A stretch of DNA of 63,291 nucleotides, counting the filler, from Bigelowiella natans CCMP2755 (lineage: Eukaryota; Protista; Cercozoa), in the NCBI GenBank assembly GCA_000320545.1. It is 5 parts of 5 records of this genome, joined end to end, with 100 filler letters (N's around TTAATTAATTAA, not from the genome) between each part and the next. Parts side by side here need not be neighbours in the genome. Positions count along the whole stretch, not along the records: positions 21,417 to 48,721 come from ADNK01002740.1; 4 more parts are not named here. One strand, given 5' to 3'. Below are positions 24,620 to 37,236 of this stretch, piece by piece; the first letter of the stretch is position 1, and the number at the start of each line of letters is the position of its first letter. The notes beneath the pieces are model-generated. The model saw nothing but the letters and a program-made list of their open reading frames with translations. It was not told where the DNA came from and made no database searches. The position numbers and the translations under genes were made by a program.

Positions 24620-26000
24620 GTAGTTGTCGCATTGAGAAAATCGCATGCCTTTCAAACACGAGATGACACTGAGCCGTTGTCACCACTTCTCTTCGTGGTG
24701 TTGGACTACCTAAGAAACTAGAAAACCGCGTGAAGACATGTTGTCGCATACACCAAAACGTCTGAGATTTCTTCGCATTTCTGTGGTTCTGACGCGTGTG
24801 ATTTTTGATCAATGCTTCTTCTCATGTTTCATGTTTCATGTTTCTGTGTGCGTTCGTTCGCTCTGATGATGAGGGCGCACAGATTTTCGCAGCTAGCTGG
24901 AACGCGATGCATGCTTGTGCCAGCGTGGTGATCAACTCTGCTAGTCTGGATCGCAAGCGCGAATTGGACGTGCGTCGCAACCTGGCAATCGATCATCATC
25001 ATGGATCGAAGTGCGGACTCGAGCCGTGAAAACGTGAACCCGCCAACCGTTCCAGCGTTTTGCACGTGCAGCGTGCGTCCTGGCGTTCTCCAGTTCTCTG
25101 CGCGCGCACACAATTTTCATTTTTCACACACACGTTTTTCGTGTGGGATGGCATGCAGACATGCCACCCTGACATTCATGCACATCGTGCACACGTCTAG
25201 ACGTGACATCACGTGACATGAGATCGACATCATTGCCATGCACAGACGCATGAGCATGACTTGCACAGCTAGACAGATGCAAGTGCGAAGTCAAACGAAG
25301 TCTGGAATTGGTTGAGTTGAGTCTCACTTGTGCGAAAATGACTCGTGCCATTTGCACGTGCGAAAATGACTCGTGCCATTTGCACCAGTGCGACAATCAC
25401 ACTGGGTTAGTCCAGTGGTGGGAGCTGTCAGCGAGAGAGTTGGCCAGCTGGGGGGATTTCCGTCAAACTGCTGCAACCAGAACCCAAGTCTTCATCGACG
25501 TTCTTCCCGCTTGCGAGTTGGAGAGATGCAAACGATTTCGTTTCCAAAGAGAAAACAGAGAGGATCGTGATGACGACGATGATGATGCTGACAGATGACA
25601 ACGGGATCTGCAATGATGTGATCAAGTTTGCCTTTTCTCGTCTCTAGCAATTTCTTGATTGTCACAATTGAATACTCTCTCACAGCACAGCAAATGCAGT
25701 CATTCATCATCTCGATTGTCTCCTTATTGTTGGTCTGTGATGCAAGACCGTCATCAATGCCAACTTCACCAAACTCATTCTCAATGATTGCAAATCAACA
25801 CACACACACACGTTGCAAAGTGCACGTGTCATGGTGTTGACAAACCCGCAAACCCTAGTTGCACTCATCAACGAAACCTCTGCTTGGACTGCCACATGCT
25901 AGCATGCAATGCACAACACTTGATGAGCTAGCGCGTGACGCTGAGTGCATGCAGCTATTTATCAAATTGCCGCCTAATGACACATGCTGCATGTGCATGC
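24620..26000. other. TpA-depleted island with footprints
   Basis: 24781-25920 has only three TA outside CTAG by eye. Footprints at 24937, 25193, 25265 and 25895. A short tandem duplication (gtgcgaaaatgactcgtgccatttgcac) lies at ~25330-25385. Confidence 0.85.
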
Positions 26001-26542
26001 AACAAATACATGCCCATGAATACCTGCATGTCAATTATTCGATTCGTAACATTGCTGTGTCTATCACGATCTAGCAATGCAGGCGCATCGTAGCACGGCT
26101 CACACTAAAATTCATCGCAACATAAGCAAGAGCTAAATGGCTAGCTACAATGCTCCGTTCGTACATGCGCTGTGCATGATGATGATCGCCTATTACACAT
26201 TCATATTCGCTTGATACAGACACGATGAAGGCTTTATGTGTATCATTCACACATAGCGCATGTAATCAAAATATTTAAACCACTTCTCAGCGCGGCCGTG
26301 AATCTCGTTATTGCTTGGATGACCATTTAGTATTCTCCATTGTCACCTCCAGGCCTGTGCAATGATGTTTAAAAAACTCAGAAAGTTTTTCATCACGGTT
26401 CGGTACTTACAAAATTCTTCATCTTTTTTTAATGAAATGATCGACCTGCTTATCTATCATCAGTTTCATCGTGCGCTCTTTCAACTCGGACATTTCCTAT
26501 ACATTAGATAGTCACGCAAGAGTATTATATATTGCGTTCACA

Positions 26543-26549
<7 letters not shown>

Positions 26550-26573
<24 letters not shown>

Positions 26574-26722
26574 GCTCGTATTTTTCACCGCAACAATCTT
26601 TAAATATATGCCCTACACAGATGCACCTTTCTGCGAGCCTCTGCTCGTCCATTTTCTTCGGAAGTTTTTTTCCTTCTCCTTCAATTGCAAACATGCACGC
26701 ACACACGCAATATGCAACATGA

Positions 26723-26770
<48 letters not shown>

Positions 26771-28007
26771 GAATGTTAAAAGTGTGCGTGTGTGGTTGCG
26801 GATTCGTGCACATGGCACTTTGATGTGTATTCACCTTACAATCAAGGACCGCTCAAATTTCTTAAGACATTCCTACGGAGAGGCAAAAATCGTCAGATCG
26901 TCAGGAGAGCTATCTGGGCCATGTATGGCGTCGGTGGTGACACAAAAATGTATAGGCCCCGTTCAATTTAACGATCGATGAGAAAACACAAGCAACACCT
27001 GAGATTTTTCGAAAGGTACTGTTCGATCCAAGACGGAAGCTTGGGCAGCGCCATAGTATAGTTCTGCACGTGAGCATGCGTCAGTGAATGACAAAGTACG
27101 GTGTGTGCGTGTTTGTGTGGAAGAAGGGGTGAAGGATATCATATTCACTAGATTCTCTGCTCCTCCTAATTCGTCTCTAAATGTGTACTGTCGAAGCATA
27201 GAATATACATGATGTGTGATATATAATGTGCATTTAGTACATTCATTATGCTTTTACTATATATTGCGTGGGTTGTGTATACAACTTGGGAAAAAGAGCA
27301 CGAGAGATTTCGTCATGCCAAGCTTTTGAGCCCCCTAAAAACAGCACAGAATAACAATGACATTAACAGTTGTTCTTCAAACTCATCACCGTCTTCCTCT
27401 ATTCTCTGCCTCCCCAAACATATTTCGCTCGTCCACCTTCTTGCTAAATCCCCTGGACAGATGTCCTGCAGGAATTCCTGCATTTCTCCGACGCGCGCAT
27501 CTAAAAGGGCGCATTCAAACGCAAAAAATGGTGGGGCGGGGGATATTGAAGGATTATTGATCGGTCAATTTTATACTGATTCTGAAAGTTAAATGATGAT
27601 GATTTTCCTCTCCTGCAGACGACGATGTATAGAATTCAATGCGATCCCGTCAAAGCGGAAGATACACATGATTCTGTGTCTTGAATATAAGGTATCTAGT
27701 AGATCGTTGGTCTTGCCATCAACCCCATTATCATACGAACTGCAGTATGTTCATTACTTGACGTTGCGAAAGCTCATACACTTCACAACTTTCTCCACGA
27801 GCAGACGCCGGTTCTCCTAGTCGGTGGGGTGAGAGGATAAAAGAGCGGACGGGACAGTGAAAGAACGAGAAGTGAGTGAGAAAGAGAGAAAGATAGATAG
27901 AGAGGGAGAGAGAGAAAGGGCGATGACGGAGAGAGGGGAAGGAGCGGGATAAAATCGAAAGTGGGACTATAAAATGAGCGGTTAGTACCAAATACCACTG
28001 TCATTAT

Positions 28008-28047
<40 letters not shown>

Positions 28048-29250
28048 CAATACTGCACCTGAAGGAAAAGCAGCGGGTCGCTAAGGAAGCGCCTCGCAAG
28101 TGCCAATACTCCGACGTGCAACAGCCAACCAGTGCCTGCATGTACACGCGTGTTTCAATCGAGAAAAGGGTATGAGCTTGTTATCGCCGCATCTAGCACC
28201 TTTGAGTCCTTTGAAAATTGGGATCTGTGTCTTCTCTCTCAGCCGCTTTTGCCAGACCAAGATCTCCAATATCTACGCACGTGGGAGAGAATGTTAATGG
28301 CTATGAGCGAGATGATTTTCTTGCATTTATTCCCCTCTACCGTATCGTGCTCGCGGCCTCCAGGGTGCTCATTAACCTGATATTCGACAATAAATCAATT
28401 GTTGGCACCTGAAGAGCATACTACCCCTTGCAAATACAAGGAAAGCGTTTGTTCCTGGGAAAGACATGTGAGATACAACTCCTCATTGTCGGTAGTTTCT
28501 GATTCTCTGTGAAAGGGTTTTGCGGCGATAAAAATCTGTTGGCTCATTGCTCGGTTTCGAATTCCCCAAAGGGCAGTTTTAGTGTTTTGGTGTATCTGAT
28601 GCTTGCCTTTATCCATACAGGCTGCTTATCGACCACTGTATGTTTGTCGTAGACCTGCTTCTGTAAAAGGACATTGAACAGCGCAACCATCATGACCATC
28701 GTCGCCATCGCTAACGGCAATTGTAAAATCGAATAATCGAGACAAGAAGATCTGCGAGATGGATATATGCCTAGGCAGAAATATATATGATATTCCATTC
28801 AAAACCAATATAAAACGCTCGCTCAACAACCCCTCACGCGTTTAACATGCACTTTCTGTGCTTGCGTGTAAGTGCGCTCTTCCAAACAAGGCACAACATT
28901 TCACAAAAAAGAAACACTGCATTAGTTACGCTGTAGATAACTTACGGAAGACATCAGCGGACGTGTTTTCATGTCGATTTCATCATCATCTTCATCATCA
29001 TCTTCATCGTCCTCGTCATCACGAAGTTGATGCTCCTCGTCGTTGTCACCCGCACTGTTACCGTCGTTGATTCGTTTCAAATCGCCATCATACTCAGAAT
29101 CGTCGAAATCTAGCACCGCCCCTGAAACCATGTCAAACGGTGCTACTTGTGAAGAGAATCACCGGGCATTTGTTATGGAAATGCGACATATAATTTGAGA
29201 TCGCCCAGGCCTCTCTTTGCATACATTGTTTAGTCGGAAATGTATGGTAT

Positions 29251-29281
<31 letters not shown>

Positions 29282-30725
29282 CTGCGCACCTCCTCCTCCT
29301 CCTCCTCCTAACCCCCCCTTCTGCTTCTTGCGGTGGTATCGAGCTGATGCCGTGACGGTGACCTCGTTGGAGCTCTTTGATGTGTTATACAAACAACGTG
29401 TCAGAGGAGTCGCAGCAATAATAATAGCACTGCCTCATTCTAAATTTGGAGAGGACGGTTTGCAGCCAACAGCGTGGCCATCAGTATACGCTTTAGCTTA
29501 GTCGAATACTTCATGGAAAATTGGCTCTATCATCGTTTGAAACAATATTACATTCCACGGGGAAGCTCCTGTGAGATACTTAATTACGGAAGAAGGACGT
29601 TGACTGTGCGGCTGAAGCGTCGACCTAGATGTCAGCGGAGTGTTCCGCTTGCCCCCTCCGCGTGGGTGGTGAAGGTGTGAGCGGCTCGAAGCCGGGGGGG
29701 AGTGACCCGATCCGCGCGCCGACGCTGGAGGCTGCAGCGAAGAATTCGGTCTTTGAGTGTTGCTCCTTGTTGTCCTCGTCGTCGCCGGTTCAACCCCCCT
29801 ACTTGATTTAATACTACGATTTGTCTTTAAAGCAGCGCCGCGGGAGCTGGAGGGGGGCTGGTGCGACTGCTGGAGATCTACCAGAAGTACATAGACGGTT
29901 AATGTGGCGGAGGAAATCAAGCTTTCGGGGGAGCGAACGGCGGCATCATCGTCATCATTGTTCACACTCTCGGCAAACTATCGTAGGCTCTTTTTCCAAA
30001 GGAAAACGTGATTGTTACCTATTTTGAGCATCGAAAGACCGGAGACTGTATAGATATCGACGGAAGCGACAACAAAGAGGGTTATTTAGCGGCAGTGATG
30101 ATAGGGGGTCGTCTGTGTTTACGTGTATATCAATGATATGTGTGTTTGCGCCTTAGCAAAAACCAGAATATGTAGTATCTACGATTTCGAACTCGCGAAG
30201 GCCTTCACTTCATCCTCTCAGCATAGTTCAAAGAAGGTATAATAAAATCAATCGGCATTATTTCGGAAGACTATTTCACGATCTGGCGATGACTTAGAAG
30301 CGATTTCTTTTGCTAGCAATACGTACGATGTGGCACTGGACGCTGCCTTTGCGAAGAATTCGGGCTGTGCTTCCTTCCACTCTCTTCCCATCCAAAGCTG
30401 TCTTCGCCAAGATTTGTTAGCGTCTCCGATCCTTCATCATCATCACGAGCGGTAGTGTCCTCATCGTCGCCACCATGACTACGAGGATTCGATGATGTTG
30501 GACGCCGCCTCGTAGCTGATATCCCTAATTCATGCAATTTAATTCGTTCGTTTTGTAAGAGCGATTCTATACGGAATGCAACTGAAGATCATGACTACAT
30601 GTGTACATTGGTCCCTTACTCGATTGCGACGGGTAGGCTACTTGCGGAGAAGAAAACATCTCCCTTAGACTGTGGGGACTAAGTGGTAAATTACACATGA
30701 TATTGCCGTTTGTGCGGATATTATG

Positions 30726-30814
<89 letters not shown>

Positions 30815-31276
30815 GTACACTTCGTAATATTTCACGTAGACTATACCTTATTAAGTGCTTCATCTTTCTTGTGGTTGGACCAGCAGCTCTCAGAGAATGT
30901 AACTGCGACACGTTCACGGCACCACGGTCCAAAATAAGATTATGGTAATCAGCCGATAGAAAAATACCCCACTATTTAGGTAAATTTCATTTTTAAAAGC
31001 TTTCACTTTCATAAACACATACCCCGACACATAAACGCACACACGCACAGGCACACGTACAAACACACACATAAATAAATCCAAAACATATTTCGCGTGG
31101 GGTGCGCTGCATCACGGCATCACCACCTTCTTCTTTTTGCACTTTGCCTTTCGTTGGTAATCGGAGCTCTAACGGTTTTGCAAAGAGATTTCAAAGCAAT
31201 ATTTCAAAATTAATATACGTGAATTGTTTTCATCTACACGCATAATTAATTTCACAATACATATATAGACATATCT

Positions 31277-31308
<32 letters not shown>

Positions 31309-32029
31309 GTGAAAATTCTTACATTTATCTGTAGCATGTTCTGGCGCCTTCTGGTGTGTTTCTGCAGTATGTCACCCAAAAGAAGTCCATTCCGTTAGCA
31401 AATAGGCAACGTGCATTTTCATCAGAAGAGGAGGAAGAGAAGGAGAAATCTTGTAGAATAATGCTCGACGAATACACCAATTCGTCATTTTCACATTTCC
31501 CCAACGTATTCGTGTTTTATGTGTGTTGGTGATTTATGTGACGATGGCCTTAAATATGAGCTGCAAACCTGTGTGCTTTCTTCCGACGTCTCCAATGCGC
31601 CCCTCTGCAGCGATTAGATTAGAAATATATCAGAATAAGATGAATTCGACACGAAATGATCGTACTGGAAGCATCGATGCAATGCTGGTTGTATTCTTGT
31701 GGGCATGCAGTATTATCGACGATACATTCAGTTAATTATGTTTAAGAGCATTCCCTTGAAGGATTTAGTTTGAGAAACTTCTACCCTATAGACAGCTATG
31801 AACAGTGGGTGCGTGTTACGAGAATACCGCACCTTGGCGTAGACTACAATAGCTCGGTTCGCACGCATCTCATTCTGAAGTGCCCGAAGCTCCTGGTCAA
31901 TAGTTATCGTCAGTCAAAGCGACTTCAAATCATTTCGGTGTGTTTTTTGAAAATTTGATTGTTTTCCCGCAAAAGCCTATATCATCTGTAGCTTTTGGAT
32001 ACGACACGTCTGAGGCAGCTAAATCGTTG

Positions 32030-32073
<44 letters not shown>

Positions 32074-32185
32074 CGCACACGCACACGCACACACATACAC
32101 GTTACTTTCTGTCGGCCAGAGAGCCCTAACTCTGGATTAGAAGGTGCCCTGCGAATGCGCTCAAGCATCCTCCAGTTCTACACCA

Positions 32186-32226
<41 letters not shown>

Positions 32227-32765
32227 GCACAACGGGAAGAAACAAAACAGAGACACAGGTACATTAGCTGCTATTTCTGAAAACAACGATTCTTCGGGGC
32301 TACCTCCTGCTTGATTTCCAGGTCTCGTGCTTGTTTCTGAGTACTCTTAGAAGGTCCCTGGGCGGTAAAACAGCAGAAACACAACGGATATACCGGTTCA
32401 ATTTTCAGCATTTTTTAAACACAAGCACAGCATAGCGTATCGTAAGCAATCGTGTATGGGACTCACGTTCCTTCCTTTCTTCTTTGATTTCTTGCTACTT
32501 CTCGACGATGGTTGCCGGAATACAACAGCATATTTCTGGCTGAACTTCGCGGCCGGGGGAGCGCTAATACCACGGCTATCTTCAACATCTTCTTCCTCCT
32601 CGTCCTCACAATCATCGCTTCGATGGGGTGCATGGCGTACACTTGGCCTTGGTGTCGTTAAAGCTGAAAGGCTATAGGAGGTTTTCTCTCTGATACTATC
32701 TTCCCTCAACTTTCCTGTACCGATCAATAACACGAACATATATATTTGGTGTAATGTTCTATATA

Positions 32766-32860
<95 letters not shown>

Positions 32861-32901
32861 ACATACACATACACACACATATATTCAGAGAGAAAGAGAG
32901 G

Positions 32902-32955
<54 letters not shown>

Positions 32956-32968
32956 AAAAAAAGAGAGG

Positions 32969-33017
<49 letters not shown>

Positions 33018-34846
33018 CGCGTAAGAGAATCAGGAGGAGAAGGAGGAGGGAGATACCTAATTCTTTCCTCCGATAACATAACATACAATTTTCTTCGTTC
33101 AGCCTCTACATATCCCCACCCCCCCTGCCCGTTCTCTCCTGGTCTTTGTTCAATTTCGGTCGTGTGAGACCCAATACCGTTTGTGTGCTTCGTGTGCGCT
33201 AGCCTTGCGCTGTGCGACATTAGGCTGGTTTCCGACAGTGAAACGGTTTCAACGGGATTTTCTACTACATAGAGAGGGGAGGGAGAGACGAAATGAGCAG
33301 GATGAAACTGGCCCGGGGGAGAAAGCACTCGTTCTTGTGGTTAGGCTATACTATGGTTTATCTTAGTGTATCTTTGCAAACCTCACCAGTATCCCCTCCC
33401 CCTCCGATATTCTCCCCCCCTCTACCTAACCATCACATACCCCTGAACAACACACAGCGTTTCGGTTCTGAAAGGAGCGTTTTCTCAAGTAGTCAATCCC
33501 ATCGTCTGGTAGATATATTAGACTTTTTTTTTGGGTGATTATCTCGTCATATTAATACACCCAAGAATCATCATGCCGAACAAGATGCAAAGTCTTCGGT
33601 CATCTCGGAGATTCCTCTTTCATCGGAAAATATCCAAAGAAAATTGTACGTAATAGTTTCTCCATACGAAGACAGTCCTCTCAGATATTTTGGTGGTAAA
33701 AAACTGTCTATTTCAATACAAATGAATATTCAAAAATGACTTGTTATTTGTGAAGACGACATGTATTTGGGCCATTTTTTGTCCAAACAAAGCGCAACCT
33801 ACCGGTACACGACCTATCCGTTGCTCTCTTAGAACGAATGATGAAGGCGAGCTCTTCCAAGCTCGCGTTCGAAAGCACCATGGAACACCTAGCCCCCAGC
33901 AAAACATCGTCTTCGGGGGGGAAGAGACACAATTTTTCCCGAGTAAAGTCGCTCAGCTACAAAATTCGCTCTTTCTCTTCGCAGCGCCCAAATCATCCGG
34001 CCTCAAGGTGCAGTTTTGGAGTACTTCTTTCGCACGGGGAGAACCTCACAATTATTGATTTAATCTGTTATTTATTCAAATACTTACAGCATATTAGACG
34101 ATGGGGCACGATCTTCGTGGCGAACAGCGTCTGGATCCAATCACACCCTTGTTTGTGAGCTGTAATATACTTTCATCTAGTGACTGGGATTGTGAAAAAA
34201 TTACGATGTCTTCAACGTTGAAACAGGACTTCACCAGCTCTCCTGGGCCACCTTGATATCCTAAATGACTCCACGTCCGAAGTTGAGGTGAACCTTTCTT
34301 CTGATATTGTGAAGCAAAGTACAAGCGTGCACATACCTGTAGTAGTAAACGCAAACAAACTTCGTCTTCGCCGTCCACGTCTCTCATCTTCCAATTTTCC
34401 TTTCTCTCTCCCAGGTGTCTATTGCACTAGTAGACAAGATGGAAGAGTATGCTGTCGGTAATATAACATTTCTTATAGCTTTTGATTCTTGTTGATTACG
34501 AATTCAAGTCCTTTAGTTACAGTTGTTAATCTCTTAAATTTCCAACAGTCAATAGCACAAAGGGGATGGCTCACAATCGTCGTGTCAGGCTGCACGTTGG
34601 ATATCTACCCTGCCTATATATTCGTATTCGATGTGTAATGGGAACCCCATGCTCATTCAAACGGTAGATAGGATTTCTCTCTCTCTCTCGCTCTCTCTCT
34701 TTCTCTGCCCCCCCCCACACACTAGCCTTCCCACCACCATTACCGCCGCCGCCGCTCTTCATAAATGGACATGCAAATCAACAGTCTTCCAAGCACACGA
34801 CCTATGCATATTCGTGCGCTGTTATTCATTGATTATCTGTTGCATT

Positions 34847-34889
<43 letters not shown>

Positions 34890-35400
34890 GCTATAATCGA
34901 CCCACTTTCACATCCACGTGTTTTGTGGTATTATTATTATCACAGCGTGCGCGCTATGGGGATAGAGTTCAACTCCGTTAGAAAGGATTTAGGTGCAAAA
35001 CTCCACGAAGTGCTGATCACAAACAACGTCACAGGTGTTTGCAAGATGACACACGTTCGTGCACGAGTTGGTTGTAAAATATATATACTTTCAAGCTCAT
35101 GAGTACTCGCAACAAATGCGTATAGCCAGCGTTAATAAGTAATGGCGAGGATGAGGAAGAAACAGAGACATTTAATTATTGTTAGAATAAGGATTGGTGT
35201 CTTTTATAAACGAGCAAATGCTCTTCTAAATGCACACACAACTTTCAGGGTTGTACAACCCCATGCTTCCCAAGGGGCTCGATGCTATAAGATTCACACC
35301 GAGTGCTTATGGGAGAGGCCTCGGCTTTGAACAAGACGAAAAGCTTCTATTTCAGAGATACCACAAAATTAAATTGGAGAAGAAGATAAGAAACGGTAGA
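26550..35400 (-). CDS. Large multi-exon uncharacterised gene or genes
   Basis: Many minus-strand protein-like segments (QVYDKHTVVDKQPVWIKASIRYTKTLKLPFGEF, acidic DDSEYDGDLKRIND..., SNASLEELAFIIRSK, ALLDARVGEMQEFLQDICPGDLARR) separated by microsatellite-rich introns. No domain confidently assigned. Confidence 0.45.
32770..33015. repeat. Compound microsatellite (TA)n-(CA)n-(GA)n in an intron
   Basis: Read directly. Similar (TA)n, (CA)n, (GA)n and (ATC)n tracts occur in most introns. Confidence 0.95.
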
Positions 35401-36003
35401 CTAAATCCCTAGTCGATGAATGCAGTCACACACACAAGCATGTAGGGATATACACGAACCCATGTATGCATAGTATACCATATCACTGCTAGATAACCGT
35501 GTGTATGTCGTTAGTATCCACTGGGCTCAAATCAAACATATCATCATCATCAAAAACAAAAACAAAAAAAACAAACTAATTTCTCTTAACCGCGACGATG
35601 CGTTGTATTGCTAGGTGTTGCTTCACGAACGATCACCGATGGCGGTAGGAGGCCACAATCGCAACGGTCAATTCTTGCCCATCGTGTGCCTAGCAAATAC
35701 GACCCACCTCTGATCCCCCCCCGCCGATCAGCGGGCGATGGGGTCAGATAGTTGCTCACAAATGGCTTAGCGGAATTCAGCAACATGTTCCCACATCTTT
35801 GTTCATCACCTTGCAGCGTGCTGCCCGTTAGTGCGTGATTCTTCAACAGCTTTCTCAGTCAGCTCAGGTGCAATGTGTCATACTGATGATGGCACATCGA
35901 ATTTAGTTACAGCAGAGCGCAAGATGATGCGCAATGACGAGAAGATGATAGACATGAAGGGTGTAGCAGCGGCATGCCAAATTTGAGTCCTAGCCAGAGC
36001 TAG

Positions 36004-36954
36004 CACAGCTAGACAGCTCCGTCAAACCCGGTGACAATTGGGTTGTGAACAGTGCAGCGCTTTGAAGCAGCAGGCAGTTGCAGTTGGTCAAGGAAAAGTC
36101 ATCAGAGCTAGCTTGTCCGATGGCCAAACCTAGCAAACCTCAAAAAATGACCGAAATGTTGACCAAAATGTCCATTTTCAAGGCTCACACAGTTCCGTCA
36201 AACCTGCAACGAATCGCCAGAACATGCATTTGGAAGCTTTTGCGCGCGACCAAGCGCGTTCTAGCGTTGTGTGATGTGATGGACATTGGATTTGCTCGCA
36301 TTTCTTTGAAATTTTTCGTGCACATCACACTTGGTCAAACACACGCTAGCACGCGCAAAAGCACTCAAAATGTGGCAGAGAACAAACGCGCAGCGTGCAT
36401 CCTTTGCACAATGGGTGTGATTTTTAAGACTTCAGCACTTTTCGCGCTCACTGAGGCCTTGAAAATGGACATTTGGGTCAATTTTTCGGTCATTTTTTGA
36501 GGTTTGGCCATCGGACAAGCTAGCAAGTTCTGATGACTTTTCTCTGACCAACCGGGACTGCCTGCTGCTTCAAAGCGCGTCGCAAAGCACTGCACCACTG
36601 TTCACAACCCCGTCAATGCCGGGTTTGACGGAGCTGTGTCAGTGAGCGCGCAAAGCTAGAAAGTGTGAAAATTCACACCCGTTGTGCAGAGGATGCACGC
36701 TGCGCGTTTGTTCTCTGCCACATGCATTTTGAATGCTTTGCAATGGACACAGCAATGCAACGTGTTGTGGATTGCATGTCCATCATCTTTTGCGCGTGTG
36801 TTTGACCAATCTTTGTGTGCACGAAAAATTTCAAAGGAATGCGAGCAAATCCAATGTCCATTGCATCACATGACGCGCTTGCTAGCTTGGTCGCGCGCAA
36901 AAGCTTCATCCAAATGCACATTCTGAAAATTGTCACAGGTTTGACGGAGCTGTG
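36004..36954 (+). mobile_element. MITE-like non-autonomous DNA element (outer copy)
   Basis: Terminal inverted repeats CACAG(+8-bp footprint)CTCCGTCAAACC ... GGTTTGACGGAGCTGTG. Interrupted by an inverted copy of itself. Confidence 0.75.
36188..36638 (-). mobile_element. MITE-like element (inner copy, 451 bp), inverted, 3-bp target duplication TCA
   Basis: TIRs CACAGTTCCGTCAAACC / GGTTTGACGGAGCTGTG, flanked by tca at 36185-36187 and 36639-36641. Its reverse complement matches the joined halves of the outer copy. Confidence 0.8.
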
Positions 36955-37236
36955 AGCCATGCGATAGCCAACACACAATTGCATCAAACAACACAGTGGC
37001 CATGGCTTGCTGTGACAAAAGCTCATTCATCTTGTCATCGTAGCTACGACGATGCTGCACCTGCTAGCCTGCTACATGCTAGCATGCACCACAGAGATGT
37101 AGATCGCCTAATAGTATTTCTAAATTATGGTCAGTACGTATGACTAAGTCTAGATTCACATGCAAATAAAAAAGCTACAAAGCTCTACGATATACACGCA
37201 TCTAAACATCTATATACAACGTTGGTATCTATCCAA

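Noticed and set aside
28200-28280. IGDLGLAK on the minus strand resembling a kinase DFG-region motif
   Set aside because: No HRD, APE or glycine-loop motifs were found in neighbouring exons, so a kinase call is unsupported.
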